A DNA stretch of 31,763 nt from Patescibacteria group bacterium (GCA_004321885.1 SCQK01000015.1:1-31763); one strand, 5' to 3'; counted from the stretch's first letter, positions 7,209-15,767 are shown. The notes: a model not told the origin generated them from the sequence alone. A program made the numbers and translations.

Positions 7209-8727
7209 GCCTGTCAATCATTCCCCTAAACCCACGCGAGCCCAAAAAGACGATGGTGTCTTCTTTTTGGGCTGTCTTTTTTAAATAAGCGACCAGTGCG
7301 TCGTCGTCCGGCATGAATTTCGCGTTGTTGTGCGTTTTGGAAATAATTTTGGCCAGTTTGGCGCCATTCATAAGCTCGTTGGTTGTCTCCCCCTTGATAA
7401 GGGGGAGATTCACTACCACACCAAAATTTTTGGTGTGGTAGTGAAGAGGGGGTAATTTTAATTTCGTAAGCGCGGGAACAATTACTTCGTTGGCATTGGC
7501 AAAAGCGTGAGCGTACGATGGGGCCGAGGCCGCGCTCCGGCCGCCGGTATTGGGTTCAAATACCGCGTAGATTTTTCCCTTATAAATTTGGCGCAAAGTG
7601 GCGAGGGTTGACTTGGCTTTGGCCGGCGAGTGGGCGATGTCGTCGTAGACATCGGCGCCGCTTGCTTGTCCGCGTTTTTCCAGCCGCCGCTTCAAGCCGT
7701 CAAAAGTTTTAATAGCTGAGAGAATTTTTTCCGGCGCGATGCCGATTGCCGAGGCCAGCGCGAACACCCCGCACAAATTTTGCGCCATAAATTCGCCGAG
7801 CATGGGCGAGGAAACTTTATAAATTTTTTTCCCGTGTCGCAGTTCAAATTTTATGCCGCTGCCGCTCTGGCTAATTTTACCGTATTGGTAGTCGCATCGT
7901 TCAGCTTTGCCATACGTTATTGTCATTGCGAGGCCGTTTGCGGCCGAAGCAATCCCATACGTATTATTAGTAGGAGATTGTTTCGCTGCGCTCGCAATGA
8001 CACTTAAAACCTTCTCATCATCAGCGCACGCCACTATTAGTCCATGTTTTGGTATGGAAGCGATCAAATTTTCAAACGCGTCAAAATAGCTTTCTGCGGT
8101 GGGATAAATATCAGCGTGGTCCCAGCTGATGGAAGCGAGGAGCAGGTGAGTGGGGGAGTAGTGGGAAAATTTTGGTCGCGCATCCCAGCGGGCTGATTTG
8201 TACTCGTCGCCTTCTATCACGCTCCACCCCTCTTTTTTTCCGCTGGCTCCATAGTCCCCCGCAGGGGGCTGTGGAGCCAAACTGCCCATACTCGCCGATT
8301 CAAACCCGCTTATCGCCAGACCGCCGAACATGTAACTCGGCGCGAAATTGGCTTGCGTCAAAATCCACGAGAGCAAAGCCGCGATTGTCGTCTTGCCGCA
8401 GGTGCCGGCGCAGACGATGGAGTTTTGTTTCACGAAATATTCAGCCAATACCTCGGGATATGATTTGTATCTCAATTTTTTTTCCTGCGCCGCCAGCCAT
8501 TCAGGGTTTTGCGAACCGGCCACATTACCCACCACCACTAAATCCGGAGAGTCCATGCGCTCCGGATGCCAGCCCGGGTAAAATGCCACACCCGCAGATT
8601 TCAACCTCGTGGAAACCGGCGGGAAAAAGCCAACGTCACTGCCAGTCACTTTCCATCCGGCTTTCTTAAAAGCAACAGCAATCCCGCTCATTCCCACCCC
8701 GCAAATTCCGATAAAGTGAACATGCAT
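7177..8727 (-). CDS. Mur ligase of the MurC/Mpl family (UDP-N-acetylmuramate:L-alanine ligase or murein peptide ligase). It carries an in-frame GC-rich palindromic insert.
   Basis: The N-terminus 'HFIGICGVGMSGIAVAFKKAGWKVTGSD...YPPVST' is MurC/Mpl-like, with the YPPxST pattern resembling Mpl. Mur ligase middle and C-terminal domains follow. Nucleotides 7386-7456 encode 'KLPPLHYHTKNFGVVVNLPLIKGE' from a palindromic element. Confidence 0.8.
   Translation of the reverse strand: MHVHFIGICGVGMSGIAVAFKKAGWKVTGSDVGFFPPVSTRLKSAGVAFYPGWHPERMDSPDLVVVGNVAGSQNPEWLAAQEKKLRYKSYPEVLAEYFVKQNSIVCAGTCGKTTIAALLSWILTQANFAPSYMFGGLAISGFESASMGSLAPQPPAGDYGASGKKEGWSVIEGDEYKSARWDARPKFSHYSPTHLLLASISWDHADIYPTAESYFDAFENLIASIPKHGLIVACADDEKVLSVIASAAKQSPTNNTYGIASAANGLAMTITYGKAERCDYQYGKISQSGSGIKFELRHGKKIYKVSSPMLGEFMAQNLCGVFALASAIGIAPEKILSAIKTFDGLKRRLEKRGQASGADVYDDIAHSPAKAKSTLATLRQIYKGKIYAVFEPNTGGRSAASAPSYAHAFANANEVIVPALTKLKLPPLHYHTKNFGVVVNLPLIKGETTNELMNGAKLAKIISKTHNNAKFMPDDDALVAYLKKTAQKEDTIVFLGSRGFRGMIDRLISPRQPPQQ
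7920..8000. repeat. A 12-bp perfect inverted repeat 'tgtcattgcgag / ctcgcaatgaca' with a 57-nt spacer inside the Mur-ligase gene. The 'gtcattgcga(g)' half-site recurs at about 13332 and 28598.
   Basis: The arms are at 7920-7931 and 7989-8000, and the spacer contains the small hairpin ggccgtttgcggcc. The same 10-11-mer is seen in the intergenic region at 13332-13343 and at the annotated start of the 28597 ORF. Confidence 0.5.
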
Positions 8728-8745
8728 ATTGAGCAGATCGTCTGA

Positions 8746-9498
8746 CTATTGTTTTAGTATCTTCTTTAGCTCCTCCAAATTCCTCTTCCACTCCTTCCCG
8801 TCAAACCATTCCAGTCCATTAAACTGTAATTTATAGACATCGGCCGGGCGCTGGGCCGAGCCGATATACACGTATTTTTTTCCCTCCACCTTCGCGTGCA
8901 AAATCGCTTTTTGCATCATGCCCAGGCCCAGGTCTTTTTGTTTGGATTCAAGGTCGTAAAAAGGATAGCTGTAATGCAAGATATTTTTTGTTTCAAAACA
9001 AATGCAGTAGCCCAATACCCCCTCCCCCGTCCTCCCCCTAAGAGGGAGAGGACTACCAGCGGTATTTCCTTCCCCTTTTAGGGGAGGGGCAGGCCACCAC
9101 ACCAAAGATTTTGGTGTGGTGGCAGGGGGTGGGGTATAAATCAATAACAAATTAAAGTTGCTTTTTGCCGGGTCAGTCAGCATCTCTTTTATTTTTTGTG
9201 CGGAGAAAATTTTCGGTCCAAATTTTTTTTCGTAAAAATCCTTGCCCATCTTGTGCACGCGCCAGTCATAATCAGAGTAGGGGAGAGGGGCCGCGTCCAG
9301 TTCAAAATTTTTCGTATGGCTCAAAATGCGCCGGTTCTCGCTGTTTAGAATAAATTTGCCCAAATCAATGCGCACACTGCGCGTTTGATTCATATCGCCT
9401 TTGCCCGTGCGCGTAAAAACAAAACCCTCACTGTAAAGTTTTTCTACATTTTCATCCGCGAAATCAGAAATTGTTTTCTTGTTCCAAGATAGATACAT
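8746..9498 (-). CDS. ATE/Bpt-family (arginyl-/leucyl-tRNA-protein transferase-like, ATE_C domain) aminoacyl transferase. It carries a large in-frame palindromic-element insert.
   Basis: An 'GFVFTRTGKG...MNQTRSVRIDLGKF' segment resembles the ATE 'GWRRSG...QT..IR...F' region. The C-terminus 'YSYPFYDLESKQKDLGLGMMQKAILHAKVEGKKYVYIGSAQ' matches the ATE_C pattern Y-x-FYD-[PL]...SLG...I..AK..G..Y.Y[IL]G. Nucleotides 9010-9135 encode a Pro/Gly-rich 'TPPPATTPKSLVWWPAPPLKGEGNTAGSPLPLRGRTGEG' stretch. Confidence 0.55.
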   Translation of the reverse strand: MYLSWNKKTISDFADENVEKLYSEGFVFTRTGKGDMNQTRSVRIDLGKFILNSENRRILSHTKNFELDAAPLPYSDYDWRVHKMGKDFYEKKFGPKIFSAQKIKEMLTDPAKSNFNLLLIYTPPPATTPKSLVWWPAPPLKGEGNTAGSPLPLRGRTGEGVLGYCICFETKNILHYSYPFYDLESKQKDLGLGMMQKAILHAKVEGKKYVYIGSAQRPADVYKLQFNGLEWFDGKEWKRNLEELKKILKQ

Positions 9499-9534
9499 AG
9501 GAATAATGGCTAAGTGTTTGGATATGTTTTTACC

Positions 9535-10656
9535 TTAGTTCATTGATATCCAGACAGCCAAAATGACCATAAACGCGTGCATCAGCCAAAAGCGCATCAC
9601 GATTTTTTCCTCGCTCCAGCCCTTGAATTCAAAATGGTGATGAACCGGCGCCATCTTGAACAGCCGCCGTCCCAGCAAGCGCCTAAAACACACCTGCAAA
9701 ATTACCGATACAATTTCCACGTAAAAAATAAATCCAAGCAGGGGAATGAGCAGGGTGCGGTTTATGGCAATGCCGTTTATGGCCACCAGGGCCCCCAGCC
9801 CCAGCGCGCCCACGTCGCCCATCTGAAAACGCGCCGGTTTTACGTTGAAATAAGTATAAGCAATCAAAGCGCCGGCCACCGTGCCGTTTAGGAGTGTAAA
9901 CGATTCGCGTCCGGCTGTCCAGCTCATTACCATCAGGCCCAAAAAGGTGATAATCATGGCGCCGCCGGCCAGACCGTCCAGCCCGTCGGCGATGTTGACC
10001 GCGTTGGCCGTAAACATCACCGCAAAAATCACCAGCGGAATAATCCACCAGCCGATTGGTATCTGCCCCAGCACCGGGGTCCAGATGGAATGCCAGTGCT
10101 CGCCCAGCTTGTAATAAATCCACCAGGCCGGAATGGCGCCGGCTACAAATTGAAAGAGTAGTTTTTCGTGCACCTGGATGCCGCGCCCCGGATGCGAGCC
10201 AAAGGCGGAAACAGCGCGTTTGTAAAAAGCCCAAGGCAAACTTAAAACATACCAAACCCGCGTCCGCCAAAATTTGTGCACCCGTATCAAAGTAAGCGTC
10301 TGTTTCAAAGTGCGCTCCCGCCGTGGCTTGCCGAAAATATTCAGCAAATCATCGGCCGCGCCCAGAAGCGCCGACACGGCCATGGCGCCGATGGGCACAT
10401 AGGTGCTTTCGCGGTTCCAATTCCAAATCAGCGTGATAATCGTAACCGTGGCTATCACCAGCAGTCCGCCCATTATCGGCGTGCCGGCTTTGCATCCGCG
10501 GTCGCCTTTCATTGTAAAATCAAATTCAGCGCGGCGCGTTATTTTATACTTGTACAAAAATTTCGTCAGCAAAGGCGCCCAAATAAACGCGCCCAGCGCC
10601 GAGAATATTAAGTAAAGCAAGGCTGTTTGTATTAAGTCTGGTGAAAACATATTCAC
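9535..10656 (-). CDS. mraY: Phospho-N-acetylmuramoyl-pentapeptide transferase MraY.
   Basis: An 'NAVNIADGLDGLAGG' motif and the 'APVHHHFEFKGWSEEKIV' motif are present, and the protein is a multi-TM. The start as listed is GTG at 10654-10656; an ATG lies 2 codons downstream (10648-10650). Confidence 0.9.
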   Translation of the reverse strand: MNMFSPDLIQTALLYLIFSALGAFIWAPLLTKFLYKYKITRRAEFDFTMKGDRGCKAGTPIMGGLLVIATVTIITLIWNWNRESTYVPIGAMAVSALLGAADDLLNIFGKPRRERTLKQTLTLIRVHKFWRTRVWYVLSLPWAFYKRAVSAFGSHPGRGIQVHEKLLFQFVAGAIPAWWIYYKLGEHWHSIWTPVLGQIPIGWWIIPLVIFAVMFTANAVNIADGLDGLAGGAMIITFLGLMVMSWTAGRESFTLLNGTVAGALIAYTYFNVKPARFQMGDVGALGLGALVAINGIAINRTLLIPLLGFIFYVEIVSVILQVCFRRLLGRRLFKMAPVHHHFEFKGWSEEKIVMRFWLMHAFMVILAVWISMN

Positions 10657-10660
10657 AGTT

Positions 10661-10723
10661 TGTCATGCTGAACTTGTCACCACACCAAAATTTTTTGGTG
10701 GTGGTGACAAGTTCAGGATGACA
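10661..10723. repeat. About 63-nt near-perfect palindrome (extended A-type element) filling the spacer between the NlpC/P60-like stop and the mraY start.
   Basis: The sequence is tgtcatgctgaacttgtcaccacaccaaaa | ttttttggtggtggtgacaagttcaggatgaca. The arms are complementary except for 1-2 positions. The core 'caccacaccaaa-tttggtg(g)tggtg' is shared with 4 intragenic copies. Confidence 0.8.
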
Positions 10724-10724
10724 G

Positions 10725-11564
10725 TTAAAATTTTAGCCGTCTGATTTCCAAAGTTTTCGCTTGCTTGGCTTCCAAAAACGTTTCGTTGGCTTCGCCCGTT
10801 TTGCCCAACTCAACCCACTCCTGCCCCAGCAATCCGGCTTTTGGATTCACGAGCCGGATAAATCCTTCGCTCACCCCGTGCCCGTATTTACCCTCACAGC
10901 CCCAGGCGCGGGCGCAGCCGTATCTAATAAACCCGCCGTCCGTTTCGGTAATAATCAAAATATGGTTGCGGTCGCGCCGCTGACCGGTGCGCAACATCAC
11001 AATCACGTCTCCGGCGCGCGCGTTTTCCAGCTTCACTTTTTCCGTATTCTCGTCGCTCGCGTAGGTACTCACGGAAATATTTTCCATTGGCCGCAATTTG
11101 GCGACAAGCCAGCGCCAAAAACGCGCCGGCGAAACCACGCGCAATCGCTTCAGCAAATTCACGTTTTTCGTTTCCAAAAAATGTTGCGCCAGCACGCGCG
11201 TGACAAAGCCCGAACAGTCCACGCCCAGCCCGTTATCAATCAAAAATTTGCGGATATCGCGCGCGACCTCTTCGCCGGCGCCGTGCTGCTCACCACCGCC
11301 GCCAGGCGGGGCCCCGCTCTGGCGGTGGTGCAAACAACAGCCCTCGTGGTCAAAGAGCTGTTTGTGGTATTGCAAAGAAATAATCTGCGCCTCTTCCGCG
11401 ATATCGCGCGGCGAACCCTTGCCAACAAGCACAGACAGCTGGCCGCGCCGGCCCCGGCGCGCGTTGTTAAAATACGGACAGCGCACATTGCCCGCGCCGC
11501 GAAAAGGCAGAGACAAATAATCATTTATGGTTCTTAGCGCCGACGGCGATAGGGTGTTTGGCAT
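10725..11564 (-). CDS. NlpC/P60-family (papain-like) putative cell-wall hydrolase or amidase with an in-frame GC-rich insert.
   Basis: A 'GVDCSGFV' catalytic-Cys motif is present, and a downstream 'GDVIVM....RNHILII' segment matches the NlpC/P60 'GDLVFF...HVGIY' pattern. Nucleotides 11291-11330 (a C-type palindrome) encode 'GAPPGGGGEQHGAG'. Confidence 0.5.
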   Translation of the reverse strand: MPNTLSPSALRTINDYLSLPFRGAGNVRCPYFNNARRGRRGQLSVLVGKGSPRDIAEEAQIISLQYHKQLFDHEGCCLHHRQSGAPPGGGGEQHGAGEEVARDIRKFLIDNGLGVDCSGFVTRVLAQHFLETKNVNLLKRLRVVSPARFWRWLVAKLRPMENISVSTYASDENTEKVKLENARAGDVIVMLRTGQRRDRNHILIITETDGGFIRYGCARAWGCEGKYGHGVSEGFIRLVNPKAGLLGQEWVELGKTGEANETFLEAKQAKTLEIRRLKF

Positions 11565-11580
11565 AATGTCATTCCCCCGA

Positions 11581-13338
11581 CTAAGTACGGGGGAATCCAG
11601 TACTTATTCGTTTAATCAATTTCGCCTTCAAAGTTTCCGGCAATAGATGAGTCTGCCCCAGTTTCTCCACTTCCACCCATTCCAATTGGTAGGAATTATT
11701 CGGATTATTGCGCGCCTGCTCGGGCCCGCCCAAAAATTCTTTGCCGGAAATATTTTTACCGAAAAAATAATGCTCTCGGCGCGGCGAGGCAATGGCGATA
11801 ATTTTTTTGCTTTCGTCAATTTCAAAATCCAAATTCGTCTCCTCTTTGGTTTCGCGCATGGCCGTGACGCGAAAATTTTCATTCGGCTCCACGGTGCCGC
11901 CGGGCATGGCAAAGTATTCATTGCCGTACTTGTTGCGCTTCATCAGCAAAATTTTGTCGTCTTTAATTAAAATCACGCCGGCGCGCGGCCGGTTCCAAAT
12001 CATATTTTTATGCGCTGAAATAATACCCACTAAAATAGACATCCCGACCTCGTTGAAAATGTTGTGTTTTTCCATCAACCCGCTCTCGCTTTGCACGCGA
12101 ATCAGGTCCGTGCCTAGTTTTACATTCTGGTACATTATGATATTAAAACTTTGCACGGCCTTGATTCTGGGTATTTCCAGTTCGTCTATGTTCAAAGTGA
12201 CCCTCTGCACGATTTGCGCGCCGTTTGTGATGGCCTGCAGGCGGTAGTCGTCCGGCGGCACGTCCAAAAGCGCGGCTACGTGCGCCTGAAAAGTGGTGGC
12301 GGCCGGCCGCGGCTTCATCAGTCCGCCCAGCCGTTTTTTGGGCGCGGCCTTGGCCATGGCCAACTCCTGCAACTGGGATTCAAAACTGGCCGAGGCCGGC
12401 TGGCGCGCGTTTACTTCCACCAGATACACTTGTCCGCCGGCTTCGTCTATCACCGCGTCTATGCCATAAAGCCCCTTCCATCCCTGGCTGGCCAGCCGTT
12501 CGCCTACTTCAATGGCTATTTTTTTGTACTGGGCCGCCTGTTCTTCGGTCAAAATTTTGCGCGGCATAGACCAGTCGTTGCCGATAGTGGCAAAGGGCAT
12601 GTCGGTAAAAGGCTTCAGGCCAGTGATTTGATAGCTGATGTTGCCGACAAACACCCTGTTTCCCCAGACCACGTTGTTGTTGGTAAAAAGCGGCCCCTTG
12701 ATGTACTCGGTTACGCGCACGTCGCGCCGCGGAAATTTTTCCCGTATCTCCTGCAGTTGTTTTTTGGATTCCACTAAAATTGTGCCCAGGCCCGTGTGCG
12801 AGCGGTTGAACTGCACGATAAACGGCTTGCCTTTCCACACCAGGTTGGCGCACAAGTCTATGCGGTGGGAAGGCAAGTGCGATGCCAATGGCCCCAGCCA
12901 ACGCACCTGGGAAATTTTTTCCTCCACTTCGTTGCAAAATTTGGCGCTCGGGTTGAGCAGGGCCCAGCCGTGGTCCGCGCAGAGCTCTTCTATATATATA
13001 TTGTTCTTAAACACCAAAACAAAGTCGCCTTTTTTGAGCAGAGACAAAGTTTTTTTGCGCGTCAGCAGTTCGCGCGTATCCAGCGGCCGCGGGTTGTCTA
13101 TCAAGATGATATTTTTGAAGCGCTTGGCCAGCTTGGACGAGTAGGAATTTTTGTTGGTGATGATATATATGCCGGGCTGGTGAAAATCCAGACCCTCGGC
13201 GCGCTCCACATCGCGGCAAACATAAAACAAACGCCGGCCAACGAGCTTGTTCGCGACTTCTTTGATAATATTTGATAACGGCATAGATTTAGTATATACT
13301 ACCTCAAAATTACCTGTGGCGCAATATCTGTTAGTCAT
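11581..13338 (-). CDS. Fusion protein with an N-terminal ATP-grasp ligase domain and a C-terminal NUDIX hydrolase domain.
   Basis: The ATP-grasp signature 'GLYGIDAVIDEAGGQVYLVEVNARQPASAS' (E-x-N) is present. The Nudix box 'PGGTVEPNENFRVTAMRETKEETNL' (GX5EX7REUXEEXGU) is in the last about 150 aa. A single uninterrupted 585-aa ORF encodes both domains. Confidence 0.7.
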   Translation of the reverse strand: MTNRYCATGNFEVVYTKSMPLSNIIKEVANKLVGRRLFYVCRDVERAEGLDFHQPGIYIITNKNSYSSKLAKRFKNIILIDNPRPLDTRELLTRKKTLSLLKKGDFVLVFKNNIYIEELCADHGWALLNPSAKFCNEVEEKISQVRWLGPLASHLPSHRIDLCANLVWKGKPFIVQFNRSHTGLGTILVESKKQLQEIREKFPRRDVRVTEYIKGPLFTNNNVVWGNRVFVGNISYQITGLKPFTDMPFATIGNDWSMPRKILTEEQAAQYKKIAIEVGERLASQGWKGLYGIDAVIDEAGGQVYLVEVNARQPASASFESQLQELAMAKAAPKKRLGGLMKPRPAATTFQAHVAALLDVPPDDYRLQAITNGAQIVQRVTLNIDELEIPRIKAVQSFNIIMYQNVKLGTDLIRVQSESGLMEKHNIFNEVGMSILVGIISAHKNMIWNRPRAGVILIKDDKILLMKRNKYGNEYFAMPGGTVEPNENFRVTAMRETKEETNLDFEIDESKKIIAIASPRREHYFFGKNISGKEFLGGPEQARNNPNNSYQLEWVEVEKLGQTHLLPETLKAKLIKRISTGFPRT

Positions 13339-13423
13339 TGCGAGCCCCGACGTTACGCCGGAGAGGAATCCCTTTTGGCATTAATAAAATCACAGTAAAT
13401 CGCTAATTTTACTAAATTTTATT

Positions 13424-14023
13424 ATGAAAAACGAAATAAAAGAAATAGAAAAAGACTTAGAATTTGTAAAAAATATTTATATAAAACTTCTAACGATATT
13501 GCCCAGTTTTAATATTACTGATAGCAAAATTTTGCCTTATGGCTTAAAAGCGCACACTAGATCGGTAAGTTGGTTAGTTGAGCAAGTTATTACACAGCAA
13601 ACTAAATTCAATGCAAAGAAACTTGATTTAGATGAAGTTAATTTTGACTTCCCAGATACCTCACTACATGATTGCGAAATTATTTATAAAGGGAGAAGTT
13701 ATTTTATAAATGTTAAAATTCACAATATTGGAAGCAAAGAAAATAAAAATGATATTTCTGCGGTAGAAAAACTTTATTTTCAATACAGTGTTAATAAAAA
13801 TTATACCTTAATATATGCTTGCTTTGGCATTAAATTTGAAAATATAAAAATAAATTTTGTTAAAGATTATTTAGAAGTTTTCTCGCCACAGTTTCTACCA
13901 ATTTATGTGAATCCTCGAAATGACAAAATTCAAGCCACCTATAGACATGATAAAGTATACAGAACGCGAGATGAATTTCTAAAAATGTTAAAAGAAAAAT
14001 CAAAAAGTATTATTTTAAAATAG
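13424..14023 (+). CDS. Putative type II restriction endonuclease, the R subunit of an AT-rich R-M islet.
   Basis: The 199-aa ORF has extremely low GC (about 20%). It lies 2 nt upstream of, and is co-oriented with, a beta-class DNA methyltransferase. No recognisable family motif was found, which is typical for REases. The assignment is by context. Confidence 0.45.
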   Translation: MKNEIKEIEKDLEFVKNIYIKLLTILPSFNITDSKILPYGLKAHTRSVSWLVEQVITQQTKFNAKKLDLDEVNFDFPDTSLHDCEIIYKGRSYFINVKIHNIGSKENKNDISAVEKLYFQYSVNKNYTLIYACFGIKFENIKINFVKDYLEVFSPQFLPIYVNPRNDKIQATYRHDKVYRTRDEFLKMLKEKSKSIILK

Positions 14024-14025
14024 CT

Positions 14026-14847
14026 ATGAATAAAATTTTTAACGAAGATATTTTATTAGGAATAGATAAAATAGAAGACAATTCTATTGATTTAATTTTA
14101 ACTGATCCTCCTTATTGTTTAGGCAAAGATTATGGCAATGATTCTGATCAAAAATCATCTGAGGATTATCTGAACTGGACATATCAATGGATTGATGCGG
14201 TTTTGCCTAAATTAAAAAATAGTGGAAGTTTTTATATTTTTTTAAGCTGGCAATATTCACCAGAAATTTTTTGTTATTTAAAAAAGAAATTACGAATGGT
14301 CAATGAAATTATTTGGGATAGACGAGTGCCAAGCATGGGCGGTTCTACTAGAAAATTTTCATCTGTCCACGACAATATAGGTTTTTTTGTAAAAAATAAT
14401 AATTATTATTTTGATTTAGATAGCATTAGAATTCCCTACGATGAAGAAACTAAAAAAGCAAGAACTCGATCAATTTTTGTTGGAAAAAAATGGTTAGAAA
14501 TGGGCTACAATCCAAAAGATTTATGGAGTACACCAAGAATACACACACAAGACCCTGAAAGAGAAAATCACCCAACCCAAAAACCTTTAGAAATAATTGA
14601 ACGAATGGTAAAAGCAAGTTGTCCTAAAAACGGAATTGTTTTTGATCCATTCATGGGAACCGGAACAACTGCTATCGCTTGCCTATCAAGCAATAGGCAA
14701 TATGTAGGATTTGAAATAAATAAAGATTATCACAAACTAATAACAAATCGAATCAAGAAACATAATAGTTGCCCGACTTTATTTCAACAACAGAAGCAAA
14801 AACAAGGTAATTTGACTCAAGGCATTCACCTATGCACGATAAATTGA
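14026..14847 (+). CDS. DNA methyltransferase, beta-class amino-MTase (N4-cytosine or N6-adenine), type II R-M system M subunit.
   Basis: An N-terminal 'DLILTDPPYCLG' (motif IV, DPPY) precedes a C-terminal 'HPTQKPLEIIERMV...VFDPFMGTGTTAIA' (motif I/SAM binding), giving the circularly permuted beta-class order. The composition is AT-rich. Confidence 0.85.
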   Translation: MNKIFNEDILLGIDKIEDNSIDLILTDPPYCLGKDYGNDSDQKSSEDYLNWTYQWIDAVLPKLKNSGSFYIFLSWQYSPEIFCYLKKKLRMVNEIIWDRRVPSMGGSTRKFSSVHDNIGFFVKNNNYYFDLDSIRIPYDEETKKARTRSIFVGKKWLEMGYNPKDLWSTPRIHTQDPERENHPTQKPLEIIERMVKASCPKNGIVFDPFMGTGTTAIACLSSNRQYVGFEINKDYHKLITNRIKKHNSCPTLFQQQKQKQGNLTQGIHLCTIN

Positions 14848-15758
14848 AACAATTCGGCCGCGTGAAAATCAACGAGCCGCTGGCCAAACATAATACATTT
14901 AGAATCGGCGGCCGGGCCAAGTTTCTTGTCATTGTGGATGACACGAACAAGCTCGTCGGCCTGCTTAATTTTTTGTCCGGGGCCGGAGAAAAATATTTTA
15001 TCGTGGGAGGCGGGTCCAATCTGCTGTTTTCCGACGATGAATTTGACGGGGTTATAATAAAAGTGCAAACATCCAAAATAGCGATAAAGGAAACCATGAT
15101 AGAAGCCGAGGCCGGGGTTTTGCTGTCCTTAGCCGTGAACATGGCCGCGCAAAACAGATTGGCTGGTCTGGAGTGGGGAGTGGGCATACCGGGCACTGTG
15201 GGCGGAGCCGTGCGCGGCAATGCCGGCGCCATGGGCGAGGATATGTCGTGCGTGCTTGACAGCGCGGATGTCTGGAGCGACGGTGAAATTTTGACCTTGA
15301 AAAAAAAAGAGTGCGGCTTTGGCTATCGCGACAGCGCGTTCAAAGCCGGCGGCGTGGTTTTACGCGCGCGTTTGGCTTTGCGCCGCGGCGACAAACAAGA
15401 AATCGCGGCCAAAATGGCGAAAAACGCGGCCCAGCGCGCCAGCCGCATCTCGCGCTTTGCCTCGGCCGGCAGTTTTTTCAAGAACATCAAGACCGAATTG
15501 TGGAAGCACGAAAAAACCGAAATGGATGAAATTTTTCATAAGCGCGGCAAGGTGCCGGCCGGCTGGCTGATAGAACAGGCCGGCTGTGCCAGGCTGGTTA
15601 GGGGCGGGGCGCGCGTTTCCGACGAGCACGCCAACATTATCGTGAATACCGGCGAGGCGACCGCCAAAGATGTTTTGGATTTAGTTGCTGAAATAAAAGA
15701 GAGCGTGTATAATAAATTTGGGGTGGAGTTGGAGGAAGAGGTGGAGATAGTGAGATAA
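14832..15758 (+). CDS. murB: UDP-N-acetylenolpyruvoylglucosamine reductase MurB.
   Basis: Motifs 'NTFRIGGRAKF', 'IVGGGSNLL' and the C-terminal 'SDEHANIIVNTGEATAKDVLDL' are characteristic MurB motifs. The start overlaps the methyltransferase stop by 16 nt. Confidence 0.85.
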   Translation: MHDKLKQFGRVKINEPLAKHNTFRIGGRAKFLVIVDDTNKLVGLLNFLSGAGEKYFIVGGGSNLLFSDDEFDGVIIKVQTSKIAIKETMIEAEAGVLLSLAVNMAAQNRLAGLEWGVGIPGTVGGAVRGNAGAMGEDMSCVLDSADVWSDGEILTLKKKECGFGYRDSAFKAGGVVLRARLALRRGDKQEIAAKMAKNAAQRASRISRFASAGSFFKNIKTELWKHEKTEMDEIFHKRGKVPAGWLIEQAGCARLVRGGARVSDEHANIIVNTGEATAKDVLDLVAEIKESVYNKFGVELEEEVEIVR

Positions 15759-15767
15759 AAAATCATT

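Noticed and set aside
10761-13275. Long plus-strand ORFs (10761-11537, 12151-12777, 12638-13144, 12796-13275) opposite the NlpC-like and ATP-grasp::NUDIX genes
   Set aside because: They are antisense shadows. The minus-strand frames carry the DCSGFV, ATP-grasp and Nudix-box motifs.
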